Shown here: positions 19,948 through 29,419 of the stretch, piece by piece
How the letters are laid out: each line of letters opens with the position of its first letter
Numbering within the stretch: position 1 is the first letter of the stretch
Virus record (IMG/VR): IMGVR_UViG_3300018890_000001
Coordinates: 96,628 to 160,627 of that record
Direction: 5' to 3' (one strand)
Length of the DNA: 64,000 nucleotides
Source: a virus
The notes under the pieces: model-generated
Told to the model about the DNA's origin: nothing
The model's database searches: none
Seen by the model: only the letters and a program-made list of their open reading frames with translations
Made by a program: the position numbers and the translations under genes

Positions 19948-20406
19948 TCAATCACCTGGTAAATCGTCTAACTTGCGAACCAAATGATTAAGTTTCTTGC
20001 GAACTCGTTTTAGAGGGGTGTCAATATCTGCTAATCCGTGGTGATCGAACATTTCAGAATCGAGAGCATCCGCGATCGCCCGCAATTCGTCTCCATTAAG
20101 ATATAGGGAAGCGGTATAAGGGATGCGACTAGCTTCCCGTTCAATTTCATCAGCTTTTTCTAGAAAAACAGCGCGCCTGCCCCTGCTTAGCGACATCCGA
20201 CATATTTGAACAAATAGAGCGCGAGCTAAATTCGTTGGACTTTCTTCTAAGGTTATTTCACCTTTTACAGAAAGCGCAAATTGTTTCAGTGTTGACTGAA
20301 GCATTCTGTGTTCTACTCTTTCATTTTGATCTAGCAATATCTCGTTGTAAAGTGAATCGACTAACTCTGCGAACTGCTCTAGTTTTAATGCCAGACTTAT
20401 GCTCAT
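19948..20406 (-). CDS. Hypothetical protein
   Basis: GTAG leader; divergent promoter overlaps that of next gene. Confidence 0.75.
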   Translation of the reverse strand: MSISLALKLEQFAELVDSLYNEILLDQNERVEHRMLQSTLKQFALSVKGEITLEESPTNLARALFVQICRMSLSRGRRAVFLEKADEIEREASRIPYTASLYLNGDELRAIADALDSEMFDHHGLADIDTPLKRVRKKLNHLVRKLDDLPGD

Positions 20407-20456
20407 GCTAAATACCGATCTAAGATTCTACTACACTATGAATTGTAGCAATAAAA

Positions 20457-21083
20457 ATGCGAGGACTTGTGAAAAGAATAGTTAAATTCAATAGTTGCGA
20501 AGCAGCTAGTAAAGTAGAGCAGCACTTGTACCACGTCGTCCAAGATTTAGATCAATTAAAGTTTTCCGAGTTTGATGAAGCTGCGTTTAAGGCTGCTGTC
20601 GGCTTGGAAGGTTTGACGAGGGCTGATTACAGCTATGTGAGCGACACTGTAATGCCACGCATTGGCATTGGTCTTGCTCCTAGAATGTTCGGACGACCCA
20701 GAATCACACTAGATTTTACGCTTGAAGCGCCCGAGAACCACTATCATCCATTTACGTTAAACGTGTTGCCCGATATTATCGCAATGTCGTCGGAGGGGTA
20801 TGACGAATTTCCATTGGCGATTGACGGTGGATTATTGCATCTGATTCGGATACTTCTAATCACCTTGACTCGTAACAGTGAAGCGAGTAACAAAACGATA
20901 GCGATCGCCACGAGTCTAGAAAGAGCTTGCTTACGGATTGAGACACAGCGATCGCCTCTAACATCTTTCCGCATTGCGCCTATTCGTTATTTTTTAGTGA
21001 TTTGTGGAGCGGGAGATTCTCAGACGCTTGCGCTTAATCTGACCGATGTCGTGCTCAACGTGAACCGCTCAATTTATGAGTAA
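20457..21083 (+). CDS. Hypothetical protein
   Basis: 208-aa ORF; GTAG leader. Confidence 0.75.
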   Translation: MRGLVKRIVKFNSCEAASKVEQHLYHVVQDLDQLKFSEFDEAAFKAAVGLEGLTRADYSYVSDTVMPRIGIGLAPRMFGRPRITLDFTLEAPENHYHPFTLNVLPDIIAMSSEGYDEFPLAIDGGLLHLIRILLITLTRNSEASNKTIAIATSLERACLRIETQRSPLTSFRIAPIRYFLVICGAGDSQTLALNLTDVVLNVNRSIYE

Positions 21084-21168
21084 AACCGTGAAAACCCCAA
21101 ACGCAAAGTCTTTGAAGAGGTGCGTTCAGGGTTGTCACGGGTAGTCGATCTCAGATCCAATCAATCGT
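21083..21168 (-). ncRNA. Candidate anti-leader sRNA (~86 nt)
   Basis: Extended -10 TGTTATGCT (21175-21183); 28-nt single-stranded 5' arm; ~20-bp stem with G:U pairs only on the minus strand; U-tract. Confidence 0.7.
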
Positions 21169-21220
21169 GTTTCAAGCATAACACGACATAGAATTAAATT
21201 ACCGATATTCAAAAAAATAA

Positions 21221-24052
21221 ATGGCGACACCTATATCTAGGGAACTCTACAAGAACTTACCTTATTACTTGCGAATGCTTGATGAGCAAGGATCTGGGAT
21301 GCTTAAGCATCTTACAGATCCAACTCAGACGCAACTAGATAAGTGGACAGATGCCAAGGGGATGATCGAACTAATCGAGAATCCCGACATCATTCCTAAA
21401 AGTTGGGCATATTGGGCGCAGCAAAAAGTTGGTGGTGCCGGTACACGGGAACACTGGCTTGGTATCGGTGTACACCCGGATTGGCCTGTCGAGCGGATGC
21501 GTCGGTTTTTGCTCGAAGGTTGGAACTACTGGAACACCAAAGGTACTCAAAAGTCAATTCGGTGGGCGATCGACTTTTGGCTGGATTGGGAAAAAGCGCA
21601 AAATCCAATTTATCTTGAATTTCGTAGACCGTTTGGCGATCGCCCGACATCCGAACCGACTCAGTGGTGGTCTTATGCGACACCTTATGGCGCGCACACA
21701 ACGCAGCACTATACCGAATTTCAGTTTTGGGGCGGCGGAGATTACCCGCAACAGTATCAACCAGATGCTAGGACTTTACGTCAGGATACGTGGCAGTGGG
21801 ATTTTGAAGCAGTGTGGGACGATCGCCAGCTTGTACTCGATCGCCCACCTGAAATCGACAATTCGAGATCTGGCTTGGGACCGAGAAATGTATGGATGCA
21901 CTTCCACGTCGATGAATTTGAATGGAATAAGGTGGCGCTCGACATTCACAAGCTAAATCCAGAGACTTATCACGTACTTGCCAGACCGCAGGTTTTTCTA
22001 TGGCAAGATATCGAAGTCGATCTGAAGCTTATTGAAGATCCAGATTTCCCGATCGCCAACACGAAAATTCTCTACGATATCGACGGATTCCAGTTCGGTG
22101 ATATTTTTCCGTGGCCAGCAGACCAACTACCACGAACTGAAATCGAAGCCGTGCAAATGGCTTGGCAACCAGAGCCTTACTTTCAGTTCGACGACTGTCT
22201 TGGTGGAGCCGGCGGTGAAATCGTACCCCATTCCGATAGATACAGTTCGGTCGAAGTGCAGCGGTTTTCTGCATACTGGACAGCTTACATTTTTTCAACG
22301 GAAGTAATTAAAATAATTTCCGTTCCGGGCGTATCGACAGAACAAGCTGTAATTCCGACAACTATTTCGGTATCGAACGAACTCGGTCAAGCAATCGTCG
22401 GAATCGAGCTGGAGATTGCAAGTGAGCGCAGCATAGTCATCGGTGCTGACTATCAAACCCTTTACGGATTTGAACCAAATACAGAATCTGTCGTTGAGCG
22501 AACCACACAACTTATTTTTTCGCAGGCGATCGAGTGGTTTACCGATTACCTTGATTGCTTTGGCGGTGACACACCAAGCTTGCCAGGAAATCAGTGGTCT
22601 GCGGGCGATCGTTACGTAGAAGTGGAAATTGTTACGGTAACTGCTCCAAGCCTCGAAGGTCAACCGAGTGAGTTTTGGCAGACCACGACCTTCCGATCGC
22701 CCGCTGACGAACAAATCGAAGTTGTGGAAACAGTCGAATGTCTTGGTTTTAACGGGGCAAATTATACCGACACTTACGCCTGGGATGTTCCGGCAACTTC
22801 GACGCAAAATACCACTACAGCAATTCGATATTTACCGGGTGCAAGTTTTCAAGATTGCTTCACCGAAATCTGGACTTCGACGATCGAGGATATTACGGTT
22901 GTCGAAATTGAGACTCCAGGACGCAGCGGCGCCGGAACTCCTTGGACGATCGCCAGAGGTGCTTGGATCGAAACAGTCGAAGAATTAATACCCGGAATCC
23001 CTGAATTTACAGACCCGGCTACAACACACCTCTGGTACGTAAATTACCGAGAGTGGACCGAAGAAGTCGAAATTGAGATTCCGGGTGTTCAAAGTTGTTG
23101 GTCGGGATTGCTGGCGGATGTTACGACAGAATTTCAAGAAATACAAATCCCAGCAGAACCTGGATTTCCGCCGCTGCTCTGGGGTGATATTTCCCCCGAC
23201 ACCCAAACAATTACCACAACCCCAGGTAGTCCCGGCAGTGTCGGCATCGACTTTCAATCTCCTTATCTTGGTTTTGGACTACCACAATCGATCGCCCATG
23301 ACGTTGCACCGATTTCACTAGATGGAATTGCGTTCCTGACAATGGATCTCAGTCCGCAGTTACCGACTACTTTTAATCCCAGTGTTGTCTATGACTTATT
23401 TGCAGGCGAAGATCAAAGTCTCAACTCCGAAGACTGGTGGCAGTACCCAGGAAAACAGTCCGTGGACACCGTTGTTGCCGATGTCGGGGGATTCCGCCTC
23501 GACAAGCCACAGTTATGTTTCCAATATCTCGACACCTACGGTCAAAATCTTGAATGGTACGCTTACGGTATACCCACCGAAGCGGATACCCGGATTGAAC
23601 CGATCGCACAGCATTACAACTTATGCAACGTTGTCGATAACTACACGCTAAGCAAAATTGAAAACTGGCGCGAGATTACAGATTCGATACCAGAGTCTGA
23701 ACTGGCGATCGAGAAAACATACCCGATACTACAACAAGTCGCAAAACAGCAATCTTGGACGCTTTCAGTTGAAACCGATGAAGAGTTGCTACTCGTCGAA
23801 CCGTTGGTGATTTTTACAGAAAAAGATGGCGAGCGTTCACTGGCGATCGAGTTAGATCGAAAACTCAATCTCGAATTCGTATTTATTGTGGGGCGGTTTA
23901 CACACATCAGATCGATCTCTTTGTTTGTCGGACACGAGATCGTTGAAAGCAAAACTTATGCGATTCCGCTTAACGTACATCCTAGAGATAAGATTGGCTT
24001 TAAGTTTTTATTGAGTTTAGTTCCGCAACCTGTAACAGCTTTACCTGTGTAA
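21221..24052 (+). CDS. Tail/baseplate protein (phage tail protein I-like N-terminus, long acidic Trp/Pro/Thr-rich body)
   Basis: LYKNLPYYLRMLDEQG, NPDIIP..W..WA.Q..G, RRFL.....WNTKGT..SIR. Confidence 0.7.
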   Translation: MATPISRELYKNLPYYLRMLDEQGSGMLKHLTDPTQTQLDKWTDAKGMIELIENPDIIPKSWAYWAQQKVGGAGTREHWLGIGVHPDWPVERMRRFLLEGWNYWNTKGTQKSIRWAIDFWLDWEKAQNPIYLEFRRPFGDRPTSEPTQWWSYATPYGAHTTQHYTEFQFWGGGDYPQQYQPDARTLRQDTWQWDFEAVWDDRQLVLDRPPEIDNSRSGLGPRNVWMHFHVDEFEWNKVALDIHKLNPETYHVLARPQVFLWQDIEVDLKLIEDPDFPIANTKILYDIDGFQFGDIFPWPADQLPRTEIEAVQMAWQPEPYFQFDDCLGGAGGEIVPHSDRYSSVEVQRFSAYWTAYIFSTEVIKIISVPGVSTEQAVIPTTISVSNELGQAIVGIELEIASERSIVIGADYQTLYGFEPNTESVVERTTQLIFSQAIEWFTDYLDCFGGDTPSLPGNQWSAGDRYVEVEIVTVTAPSLEGQPSEFWQTTTFRSPADEQIEVVETVECLGFNGANYTDTYAWDVPATSTQNTTTAIRYLPGASFQDCFTEIWTSTIEDITVVEIETPGRSGAGTPWTIARGAWIETVEELIPGIPEFTDPATTHLWYVNYREWTEEVEIEIPGVQSCWSGLLADVTTEFQEIQIPAEPGFPPLLWGDISPDTQTITTTPGSPGSVGIDFQSPYLGFGLPQSIAHDVAPISLDGIAFLTMDLSPQLPTTFNPSVVYDLFAGEDQSLNSEDWWQYPGKQSVDTVVADVGGFRLDKPQLCFQYLDTYGQNLEWYAYGIPTEADTRIEPIAQHYNLCNVVDNYTLSKIENWREITDSIPESELAIEKTYPILQQVAKQQSWTLSVETDEELLLVEPLVIFTEKDGERSLAIELDRKLNLEFVFIVGRFTHIRSISLFVGHEIVESKTYAIPLNVHPRDKIGFKFLLSLVPQPVTALPV

Positions 24053-24094
24053 CACTTTGTTATATAATGAAGCAGTAGTCGTTAGGTAAATCAT

Positions 24095-24391
24095 ATGTTA
24101 ATCAAGATTGGTGACAAAGTAACTGCGTACCACAAACATTGGATCGTTAACAACGTAAGAAACGCTGATGAAGTCGAAAAAGAGCTTCCCGACATAGGTC
24201 GCGCCTTGAAACGCCTGAACATGACATTGTTGGTGCTAGAAAGTGCGCCTAAGACAATGGATCTAATGATAATGCGAATTTACGGACAGCCGGAATTCAC
24301 TACAGTATTAGTGGACAACAAAACTGGAAACTTCCACGACCCAGATACGGTTTTACCACCAACGCTTAAGAGCTTGGTACAGCCTAGATAA
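24095..24391 (+). CDS. Hypothetical protein
   Basis: TATAAT-6-GTAGTC; terminator. Confidence 0.8.
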   Translation: MLIKIGDKVTAYHKHWIVNNVRNADEVEKELPDIGRALKRLNMTLLVLESAPKTMDLMIMRIYGQPEFTTVLVDNKTGNFHDPDTVLPPTLKSLVQPR

Positions 24392-24448
24392 AAATAAAAA
24401 AGCCGATCTTTCCCAAGATCGGCTTTTTTATGCCTAAATTCCGGCATA

Positions 24449-24844
24449 TTAGATGAATAGTTCTGGAGAAACCTTAAACCGATCGCCCAATAATTTAGCT
24501 TGTCGCTTACTGATCCCCCGCTTTCCGTTGACAATTTGTGAGACAACACCGCTAGAGCCGATTTCACCAACTAAATTTACTTGCCTTGTACGGCTAGATT
24601 CCATAATGTGTTGAAGAGTTTCGCAAGGTTTTGATTTATCCATTGGGTGCGTTTTTGTTTCATAAGTTTCGATGAGCAACACGAGTAACCTAAATAGAGT
24701 CGCTTCTTCGGGAGTCCGTTCGGAAAACATCAGTCGCTCTACAATTGCCAGCAGGCGATCGTACTCAGCTTCGGTTTCAATTACTTGCGGAGCAACAGTC
24801 GCTAAAAGCTGCGCATATGATTGAAGATTGAATTCTAGGGACAT
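24449..24844 (-). CDS. higA: HigA-type XRE HTH antitoxin
   Basis: PQVIETEAEYDRLL...LLVLLIETYE...GSSGVVSQIVNGKRGISKRQAKLLGDRFKVSPELFI. Confidence 0.9.
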   Translation of the reverse strand: MSLEFNLQSYAQLLATVAPQVIETEAEYDRLLAIVERLMFSERTPEEATLFRLLVLLIETYETKTHPMDKSKPCETLQHIMESSRTRQVNLVGEIGSSGVVSQIVNGKRGISKRQAKLLGDRFKVSPELFI

Positions 24845-24903
24845 CTTGTTTGGTTTAAACAAAATAATAGTATAATGTTTATTGTAGTTTATCGAAGTAA
24901 CAA

Positions 24904-25164
24904 ATGCCGTCTAAAAAAAATGTGCGACGAGTAAAGGTCGGTGAAACTGTATCTTGGCAACGGCAATGTTGCAACACATATTCTGGGGACGCATTAGCGT
25001 TCTGTCCAAAAGGAACTGCAATCAATGAAGCTATCGATTTGTCGGGATATAAATCTAGGGAATTGAATCGAATCGATACGGAGCGCAGTCTGATTAACAG
25101 GTACTTAATCTGGGTTCAAAATACAGGTGTCGTCTCGGTTGCTGCGACGACAATCGAAAAATAA
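24904..25164 (+). CDS. Hypothetical protein
   Basis: GTAG leader. Confidence 0.7.
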   Translation: MPSKKNVRRVKVGETVSWQRQCCNTYSGDALAFCPKGTAINEAIDLSGYKSRELNRIDTERSLINRYLIWVQNTGVVSVAATTIEK

Positions 25165-25249
25165 AATTCAAACGCGGAACGAATCGATTGACGGTATTCA
25201 AAACAAAAGAAGTGGGAGATCGGAATTATCCGATCTCCCACTTCTTTTT

Positions 25250-25531
25250 TTAAGTTTTTGATATCATAAACGCAATATTAAATTCATTAATAGTGCGTAT
25301 GTTGGATGTGCTTATCTTCCGAAAAGCGCAAATAACATTTGGAGGTTGATGGTTAGGTAAAACTACATTTGGATTATGCACGCCTAACCCACGCAACAAC
25401 ACAAGTCTTAGATTGTGATAACGCATTGTACGCGCTATCGCGGTTCCGTTGGTGTATTCGCTTTCAACCTCTGTCGCTGAAAGCTCTCTGTATATAAACC
25501 ATTGTGTATTTAAGAATTCTACAGATCTCAT
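25250..25531 (-). CDS. Hypothetical protein
   Basis: TGGTATAAT promoter; terminator 25205-25250. Confidence 0.65.
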   Translation of the reverse strand: MRSVEFLNTQWFIYRELSATEVESEYTNGTAIARTMRYHNLRLVLLRGLGVHNPNVVLPNHQPPNVICAFRKISTSNIRTINEFNIAFMISKT

Positions 25532-25635
25532 AAACTTACCAAGTGCAAACTGATATTATTATACCATTATTAAAATAAACGTACAATAAAAAAGCGGGTG
25601 ATCGGAGTTATTAGATCACCCTCCTTTTTATTCAT

Positions 25636-25986
25636 TCAAGACGGTACTTCAAGCAACTTATTAGGAATATTCGGTGTACGATTTAGTGCTTCCTTAAGCG
25701 CACCGTCTCGTTTTAACGGAAATCCAAAAAATGCCCGCAATGACTCCGCGTCTTCTTCTTTGTAGGTGAGCCACCATCCGGTTGCATCAGACTCAGCCCA
25801 ACTCGGGACATTGTTGCTTTCTAGACTGTTGCCGATAGGTACGCCAAAATAAAGCGTTACGTGCGGGGATGCCGTCTCAGACAATTTTTCGTTGAGGATT
25901 ATCTGGGTGACATTCGCTAAGTTGATGATGCGGTTGTCGATCCTTAACAGCGTTTGACTGCTGTTGAGCCATTCTATATGCGCCAT
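25636..25986 (-). CDS. Hypothetical protein (RIINLANV motif)
   Basis: Small-protein motif seen in cyanobacterial proteins. Confidence 0.7.
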   Translation of the reverse strand: MAHIEWLNSSQTLLRIDNRIINLANVTQIILNEKLSETASPHVTLYFGVPIGNSLESNNVPSWAESDATGWWLTYKEEDAESLRAFFGFPLKRDGALKEALNRTPNIPNKLLEVPS

Positions 25987-26058
25987 AATTTAAGTCTCGC
26001 CGTTTGTTTTTACGGATGTGATACAGCAAAAAGTACATACCACCTCTACAGAAGCATC

Positions 26059-26379
26059 TCAATCTCCATCAAACCATACAATTTCGTCGTATGACTCTAC
26101 CCAGTGAACCAAATTTGGGGTTATTGGAAAATGACTCTCATTCTCATCTTTGGGAAATTTGATTAAACCCTTGTCGTACATTTCTTGGGCAATTTTTACC
26201 GATTTCTTGGGTGATCGACTCCAATAATCTTTGGGATATTCAGGAATGACGCGATTCCAAAAAGCTTCCTTGGTACAGGCGGCGATAATCTCTTTTACTT
26301 CTGCTCTGGCGATCGTACCATCTGCAATTTGAACAATGCAGAAAGGCAGCGAAAGCCCAATCAGTCTTGGGATCGTCAT
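26059..26379 (-). CDS. Hypothetical phage protein
   Basis: Coupled (TAATG) to the gp25-like gene. Confidence 0.75.
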   Translation of the reverse strand: MTIPRLIGLSLPFCIVQIADGTIARAEVKEIIAACTKEAFWNRVIPEYPKDYWSRSPKKSVKIAQEMYDKGLIKFPKDENESHFPITPNLVHWVESYDEIVWFDGD

Positions 26380-26846
26380 TAATTTCTAAAAATAGGGAAT
26401 GGTTGTCCGTTAAGCGCCATACTCCTGCGAAAGGCTTCCATCTCGCCGTCAAACAAAGCACCTCGGTAGGCAAACCAGCCAAAAGTTAGTGTTTGAAGCG
26501 TCGGAAAATCTCTCGGTATAAAGTCAATGTTCGCTTTTAATTCATTGTAAGCGTCCGGGTAGTCTTCTATGTAAACCCGCAACTGCTCTATGCCGTCAAC
26601 GTGCTTGAGGATTGTTTCATGCGCTCTGTAGCACCAAAACTGAGGTTGCGCGTTGCTCATCGGTTCAAATAATTCTGGTGCCAGACCGAAGCTAGGGTAC
26701 AGCGCAATTTCGCCCGGTTGAATTAGCATCACCGAAGTGATCTCGTCTGCAATCTTTTCGGGACCTCGAACAATTCGGAGATCCCCTCGGTTCGTTTCCA
26801 TCGGCCACAAACCGAGAGCGGAACCCATGTAATCAAAGTCAGCCAT
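26379..26846 (-). CDS. Baseplate wedge gp25/GPW-like protein
   Basis: GSALGLWP...G...V.GPEKI...I..V.LIQPGE....PSFG...LFEP. Confidence 0.85.
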   Translation of the reverse strand: MADFDYMGSALGLWPMETNRGDLRIVRGPEKIADEITSVMLIQPGEIALYPSFGLAPELFEPMSNAQPQFWCYRAHETILKHVDGIEQLRVYIEDYPDAYNELKANIDFIPRDFPTLQTLTFGWFAYRGALFDGEMEAFRRSMALNGQPFPIFRN

Positions 26847-26928
26847 AAAAAACCGACTCCTTTGTGCGGAGCCGGACTACGGGTATTCTCTTCTCTGTAT
26901 TGCAGCTCCCGCCGGAGTCGCCCTGCTG
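26847..26928 (-). promoter_or_regulatory. Structured attenuator-like leader of the gp25-like gene
   Basis: TGCTAAGAT -10; terminator CCGGCTCC..GGAGTCGG-T6 abuts ATG; upstream CGACTCC can pair with GGAGTCG. Confidence 0.6.
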
Positions 26929-27029
26929 GTTTCGATCTTAGCAGGTTGAAGCGGATTGCTGACGATCGCCGGGTGGAAAGATGAGATACTTAAAGTTGTC
27001 TAGATGCAAATTGTTCAGGAACGATTTAA

Positions 27030-27224
27030 ATGCGAAAATTAACACGGCATGAGCAATACGAGCATTGGCTTGAAAAGCCACGAGAACTTCGTGAACTTGA
27101 GTATCAAGCGTGTCTGCGACACCATAGAATGCAATCCTTTTCACGAATGTTGCAAATATTGTTGATTTTGATGGTACTCATTCAGGTTGGCGTGGATGTC
27201 TGGACTTTGGTTAAACCTGGTTGA
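27030..27224 (+). CDS. Small single-TM protein
   Basis: 64 aa, C-terminal TM helix. Confidence 0.7.
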   Translation: MRKLTRHEQYEHWLEKPRELRELEYQACLRHHRMQSFSRMLQILLILMVLIQVGVDVWTLVKPG

Positions 27225-27285
27225 GAAAGGTGACGGGCGATCGAATGACTGCTTAACTGCTTAAGGGTTTTTCAAATAAATTAAA

Positions 27286-27465
27286 ATGCAAAAATTAACA
27301 GACAAAGAAATTTACCAACGCTGGCTGGAGATGCCAATAGGCTATCGCTACACATACCGAGAAATCGATCGCCATCACCAGACGATGCGGTTCTTGTTGC
27401 GGACGCTGGTTGGAATGATGGTGGTTACTCAGGTTTTGTTGATTGTTCAGGCGATCGCCCACTAA
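27286..27465 (+). CDS. Small single-TM protein, paralog of 27030..27224 (not in ORF track)
   Basis: MQKLTDKEIYQRWLEMP...RHH...TM; 59 aa. Confidence 0.75.
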   Translation: MQKLTDKEIYQRWLEMPIGYRYTYREIDRHHQTMRFLLRTLVGMMVVTQVLLIVQAIAH

Positions 27466-27486
27466 TCCAAAACGCTTCTCGCCCAC

Positions 27487-27537
27487 AAAAAAACCGTACT
27501 CTCAGGAAAGCGCGGTTGGACTAGATAGAAACCTGTC
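27487..27537 (-). ncRNA. Small RNA (~50 nt)
   Basis: TGCTATTCT -10, ~25-nt free 5' end, hairpin + T7; resembles unit 34071-34129. Confidence 0.55.
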
Positions 27538-27621
27538 TGTAAAAGAATAGCACAGACCGATCACCCGTTAGAAAGTTCCCATAAGAAAGCCCTCCTACAA
27601 CATATAGGAGGGCTTTTTGTT

Positions 27622-28413
27622 TTAACCAAATACCGAGAGTTTACCTGACGCAACGCTGCGTAAGGCGTCTAATGCGGTTCCAGTATCGCTCTGGAAGTAT
27701 TTTGCCAGTGTCGGGTATAGCCTGGACGCTAGTGCGGCATCTTCTTCTGGATATGGTTCTTGTGGGAATGCCAGTCCAACGATACAGTGTGACCAGTCCT
27801 TCATATTAAACCGGAAGTCACCTGTTTCTATTTCTCGAAGTGAGTTTCGCGCAAATTCAATTTCTTCAGCTTTCGTACCTAGTCCAGTTGCGCCAGTTAG
27901 GATTGCGCCTGTCAAATCAGCCTCACTTAGATCGACCAAACTCAAATTAGCATTAGTTAAGTTTGTGCCAACTAGCGTTGCCTTAGTTAGGTCAGCTTCT
28001 TTTAGATTAGCGAAGCTCAAGTTAGCGTTAGTTAAATCGACTTGAACCAGATCTGAACATTCAAGATGTGCGCCGGATAAATTAGCATTTATCAAGATGG
28101 CGCGATCGAATCGTGCATACGTTATCTTTGCAATTTGCGCATTTGCGTTCGTTAGATTTGCGCCTCGAAAGTCCGCATTATGTAAAGTCGCTGAAGAAAG
28201 ATCCGCATCGGTTAAATTCGCATCTTCAAAACAAGCTTCCGTCAGCAACGCGCCATTCAAACGACAACCGATCAGATCCGCCTTAGTAAAACTTGCTCGT
28301 GACAATTGGGCATAAGATAATCTTGTGCCGATTAAGTTGCATTCACTGAAATCCTGAGCGCCTAGTTTTTCTGCACTTAGGTCAACTCCAGCGTAATCTG
28401 CTTTGTATGTCAT
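27622..28413 (-). CDS. Pentapeptide-repeat protein with conserved C-terminal domain
   Basis: A(D/N)LxxA repeats; LYPTLAKYF..AL.ALR..ASGKLSVF. Confidence 0.9.
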   Translation of the reverse strand: MTYKADYAGVDLSAEKLGAQDFSECNLIGTRLSYAQLSRASFTKADLIGCRLNGALLTEACFEDANLTDADLSSATLHNADFRGANLTNANAQIAKITYARFDRAILINANLSGAHLECSDLVQVDLTNANLSFANLKEADLTKATLVGTNLTNANLSLVDLSEADLTGAILTGATGLGTKAEEIEFARNSLREIETGDFRFNMKDWSHCIVGLAFPQEPYPEEDAALASRLYPTLAKYFQSDTGTALDALRSVASGKLSVFG

Positions 28414-28571
28414 AGAGTTGAGATATAAACTACTTCTTTATTATATTATTTGGTATTGAATATGTAAAGAAAATATAACTTTCTTGAGGTACTGTTGATG
28501 TTAAAATAAAAAACAAACCAACCGCGTTACGGGCGATCGGTTTGTAAAAGTCACATTAATTGGTTCACCAT

Positions 28572-29366
28572 ATGACAGACAACATTGTACACATCCCTGA
28601 AGAAATTCGCAACGAGTTCAGAATTGACGCTGGCGGTAAAGCCTTTGTCTCTATTCGAGGTGCAGCTCGCTTAGCCGATGTCAGTCACGTCGCCCTGATC
28701 AAGGCATTTGAGGGCGGTAACATGAGTCAAACAAAATTGGCTGAAATGCTTATTGCGTCTGGCTTTGACCCTGGTAACTTTACTGAAGTAGGTATCCCAG
28801 ATATTGCTTTGTCAATAATCTTGAAATATTATGCATACAAGGCGAAGCGAACCACTGAACAGGCAGAGCGGTTTTACGATGCCATGAGTGCGATCGGTAT
28901 CAGGACTTGGATACACCAGCAATTAGGCTGGCATTCAGCGCTAAGCCTAGCTCCGTTTTGGTATCAGCGACTGACCTTATTCTTAAAACAAAACAAGGTT
29001 CCAGTGGGATACTTTTCAATCTTCCAAGAAACAATCATGCTAGTCAGTGAGTTAGAAACAGCCGGATACATCATACCTGACAATGCAGTACCTGATATTT
29101 CAATTGGACTTTGTTGGGCAAAGCATTTACGCAGCGAAGGTGTTGAACCGAATGAAGTAGCTGTTGTGTATCCACACAAATATCCAGACCATCGCAACAT
29201 AGTAAACGCAAATGCGTATCCCGAAGAAATGTTGCCCAAGTTTCGGAAATGGTTCAGGGAAACATACAAGCCAGTGAAACTTCCAGCTTACTTAGCAGGT
29301 AAAGATTCCGCTGCGCTGCCAGCGCTCAGCAAAATGCTCGACATCCCGATCGCCCTTCTGAAATAA
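28572..29366 (+). CDS. BstA-like (KilA-type N-terminus) anti-phage/antirepressor protein
   Basis: VPVGYFSIFQE, VPDISIGLCWAKH, YPHKYPD, AYPEEMLPKFRKWFRETY...KLPAYL. Confidence 0.6.
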   Translation: MTDNIVHIPEEIRNEFRIDAGGKAFVSIRGAARLADVSHVALIKAFEGGNMSQTKLAEMLIASGFDPGNFTEVGIPDIALSIILKYYAYKAKRTTEQAERFYDAMSAIGIRTWIHQQLGWHSALSLAPFWYQRLTLFLKQNKVPVGYFSIFQETIMLVSELETAGYIIPDNAVPDISIGLCWAKHLRSEGVEPNEVAVVYPHKYPDHRNIVNANAYPEEMLPKFRKWFRETYKPVKLPAYLAGKDSAALPALSKMLDIPIALLK

Positions 29367-29419
29367 AACAAACAAAAAGCTCGCAAGTAATTAATATTAC
29401 TTGCGAGCTTTTCACTAGA

